A DNA stretch of 64,000 nucleotides, taken from positions 21,637,731 to 21,701,730 of the forward strand of contig NC_052166.1 in NCBI RefSeq assembly GCF_902713615.1, in the 5' to 3' direction. The notes beneath the pieces were generated by a model, which searched no databases, was not told the DNA's origin, and saw only the letters and a list, made by a program, of their open reading frames with translations. The translations under genes were made by a program, and so were the position numbers. Position 1 is the stretch's first letter. Every line of letters starts with the position of its first letter. Source of the DNA: Scyliorhinus canicula. Its lineage: Eukaryota. Shown piece by piece: positions 60,822-64,000 of the stretch.

Positions 60822-61620
60822 CCATAAGACGTAGGAGTGGAAGTAAGGCCATTCGGCCCATCGAGTCCACTCCGCCATTCAATCATGGCTGATGGGCATT
60901 TCAACTCCACCTACCAGCATTCTCCCCGTAGCCCTTAATTCCTCGCAACATCAAGAATTTATCTATCTCTGCCTTGAAGCCATTTAGCGTCCCGGCCTCC
61001 ACTGCACTCCGCGGCAATGAATTCCACAGGCCCACCACTCTCTGGCTGAAGAAATGTCTCCGCATTTCTGTTCTGAATTTACCCCCTCTAATTCTAAGGC
61101 TGTGCCCACGGATCTCGTCTCCTCGCCTAACGGAAACAGTTTATTTGCGTCCACCCTTTCTAAGCCATGTATTATCTTGTAAGTTTCTATTAGATCTCCC
61201 CTTAACCTTCTAAACTCCAATGAATACAATCCCAGGATCCTCAGCCGTTCCTCATATGTTAGACCCGCCATTCCAGGGATCATCCGTGTGAATCTCCGCT
61301 GGACATGCTCCAGTGCCAGTATGTCCTTCCTGAGATGTGGGGCCACAAAACTGGACACAGTACTCCAAATGGGGCCTAACCTGAGCCTTATAAAGGCTCA
61401 GTAGCACATCGCTGCTTTTATATTCCAACCCTCTTGAGATAAATTACAACATTGCATTCGCTTTCTTAATCACGGATTCAACCTGCATGTTTACCTTTAG
61501 GGAATCCTCGACTAGCACTCCCAGATCCCTTTGTACTTTGGCATTATGAATTTTCTCACCGTTTAGAAAGTAGTCTATGCTTGGATTCTTTTTTCCAAAG
61601 TGCAAGACCTCACATTTTCT
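60822..61620 (-). mobile_element. CR1 LINE 3' fragment
   Basis: LEHVQRRFTRMIPG..YEERLRILGLYSLEFRRLRGDLIE. Confidence 0.92.
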
Positions 61621-62418
61621 GTCATGGGTCTTCAAGTGACTAACAGGCTGTTTCTCAACCCACAGCTCTTTGGGCTCATGGCACAGGATGTTTCAGGAGG
61701 ATCTGGAGTAGAGGATTTGTTATAATGAAAAATTTCTTCAATAAAAATGTTTTAAAAAATTGTTCGCGCTAATCTCTGACTTCAGTAAGGACAGAGTTTT
61801 GAATGTGGGCCTTTTAAGAGATGGACTGCAGTTCAAAAAATGGGAAAGAAGCTGATGGAATATTCAAAACAGAAAAAAATATTGATCTGATAGGTAGTTG
61901 ATGAATACTTTGCTCTGACTTTTACAACATTGGAGAAAGAAGGTAAGTACCAGAGATACGGGAAGATTAGTTAGATCAGTGAGTGTGAGGAGCTTGCGGG
62001 TATTAGTACAAACTGAAAAAGTGAAATGAATAAACTGATTGGGATTGAAGTCAAGTTTCCCAATCTTAAAACAGTTTCCACTCAAGTGTATTAAAAGGCA
62101 CAGGTAAGTACATTGGGGATTTATACCTTTCAAAGCTCATTGGATTTGGTGATGGTATCACAGGAAAGGAGCATAGATTACAATATAATTCAAAAAAAAT
62201 GAGAAAGAGACAAACCAAAGAAACTGCTGCCCAGTGAGTTTAAAAGTAGAAAAGTTGTTCGAATTTACTGATCAGTTAAACTGTTAAGTGAAAAAGAAAG
62301 ATGTGCAGGGTTACAGGGAGAAAACGGGAGAATTGTATTAGGTGAATTCCCTTTTGGAAAGCCAGTGCATGCATGGTGACCATCTCCTCCACTGTAACAA
62401 TTCTGTAATTTGCATTAA

Positions 62419-62996
62419 GAACATAGAACATAGAACAGTACAGCACAGAACAGGCCCTTCGGCCCTCAATGTTGTGCCGAGCCATGATCACCCGACTCAA
62501 ACCCACGTATCCACCCTATACCCGTAACCCAACAACCCCCGCCCTTAACCTTACTTTTATTAGGACACTACGGGCAATTTAGCATGGCCAATCTACCTAA
62601 CCCGCACATCTTTGGACTGTGGGAGGAAACCGGAGCACCCGGAGGAAACCCACGCACACACGGGGAGGACGTGCAGACTCCACACAGACAGTGACCCAGC
62701 CGGGAATCGAACCTGAGACCCTGGAGCTGTGAAGCATTTATGCTAACCACCATGCTTCCCTGCTGCCCCTTAATTAAAAATTTTTTTTTACAGTGCCCAA
62801 TTTCTTTTCCAATTAAGGGGCAATTTAGCGTGGCCAATTCACCTAACCTGCACATCTTTAGGTTGTGGGGGTGAAACCCATGCAGACACGGGGAGAATGT
62901 GCAAACTTCATACAAGCAGTGACCCAGGACCGGGATCGAACCCGGGTTCTCAGTGCCGTAGGCAGCAGTGATAACCACTGCACCACCATGCTGCCC
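62419..62996 (-). mobile_element. A/T-tailed V-SINE (62770-62996) with a young HE1 SINE (62419-62769) at its tail
   Basis: Both lie within TSD tgtaa(t/c)ttgcattaa at 62404-62418 and 62997-63011. Confidence 0.88.
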
Positions 62997-63388
62997 TGTA
63001 ACTTGCATTAATATATTTGTTTCTTGCAGTTAGTCTGGTTCAGAATCTTTTTACCTAACCCTTTAGGAAAGCTGTGTATTGGGCTTCCCCAATGACTTAG
63101 CAACCTTACCCTTTGACTCTCTGAACGAACCACACTAAGTTAATTGAACGCAGTGTCCCTGGATCAGGGTTCCCATTCCACACAGCTGTGCAGTAACCCT
63201 TGCTAAAGTGCAGTTGGAGACATTAGAGAAGACGGGATTGGGATAATCTGTGATGCATCTGTCACATACCGCTGTCAAATTGCAAATGTCTGATAAAGGA
63301 AATGGAGGAAACTTAATGGTGGGGGAATCATGCCTCGGCAAGGAGTCTTCTTTCAGAAGCAAAGGCAGTGAGAAAATTAGCAGAAGAG

Positions 63389-63695
63389 GCGGCATGGCAG
63401 CACAGTGGTTAGGACTGTCGCTTCACAGCTCCAGGGTCCCAGGTTCTATTCCCGGTTTGGGTCACTGTCTGTACGTTATCCCCGTGTCTGTGTGGGTTAC
63501 CTCCGGGTGCCCTGGTTTCCTCCCACAGTCTAAAGATGTGCAGGTTAGGTGGATTGGCCATGCTAAAATTGCCTTTAGTGGTTAGGTGGTGTTACTGGGT
63601 TATGGGGATAGGATGGAGGTGTGGGCTGAAGTGGGGTGCTCTTTCCAAGGACCGGTGCAGACTCGATGACCACCTCCTGCACTGTAAATTCTATG
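63389..63695 (+). mobile_element. HE1-type V-SINE
   Basis: Head, V-domain, ctgtaaattctatg tail. Confidence 0.88.
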
Positions 63696-64000
63696 AAGAA
63701 GGAAACCTAGATACATTAAATGAAATTGAACATTATTCTGTCTGCATTATTGGTGAATGACATGCACTTTTGTGCCTTCTTTGTTGCACTCGGTACACAA
63801 ATTTTAGTTTAGTGCTATTAGAGATTGTGTGCTGCCACTGTTACTGTTTTGTTGAGTGTATTCTTCCAAGTAATTTCAGCATGGAAATCCCCGAGAGTAT
63901 AAATGTACTCTGGTCCCCAAACTCCCATTCATCTGTTTGTGAATGGAACCCACTGAATCCAAATCTGTATTCCAAAAAGGCTGCTGAATATATCAACAAC

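Noticed and set aside
63030-64000. Candidate second exons of PNPLA7 (acceptor-like sites near 63029 and 63879; open frame from ATG 63881 to the window end)
   Set aside because: The first hits a stop within 10 codons in the required phase; the second does not resemble the PNPLA7 N-terminal transmembrane segment.

Overview
Eukaryotic, repeat-dense vertebrate genomic DNA. HE1-type V-SINEs, HER1/CR1 LINEs and a Deu-domain SINE point to an elasmobranch, probably a catshark (inference). Genes: (1) a complete DPH7/WDR85 CDS on + in 9 coding exons (13356-41885; 1407 nt, 468 aa; all GT-AG with consistent phases); (2) MRPL41 on - (single coding exon 45778-46185, probable 5' exon at about 52972-53040), tail-to-tail with DPH7; (3) a CpG-island bidirectional promoter (about 52.9-53.27 kb) with a probable first coding exon of PNPLA7 on +, assigned by vertebrate synteny only. 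Most other ORFs in the track are transposon debris: a decayed Gypsy provirus with nested inserts, CR1, L2 and L1/Tx1 LINEs, solo LTRs, a hAT element and hammerhead-bearing Penelope-like elements (PLEs). Main observations: a PLE composite insertion (10232-11822) carrying an intact PNPLA6/7 exon with its intron flanks, with a possible second PLE-bracketed capture (histone H2B); a TSD-flanked, A-tailed, U2-snRNA-derived retroelement; a SINE whose target-site duplication copied a splice donor; and a CAG/TAG tandem acceptor in DPH7 whose proximal site adds a stop codon. All homology calls come from reading the sequence against recalled reference sequences. No searches were run, and many repeat boundaries are approximate.
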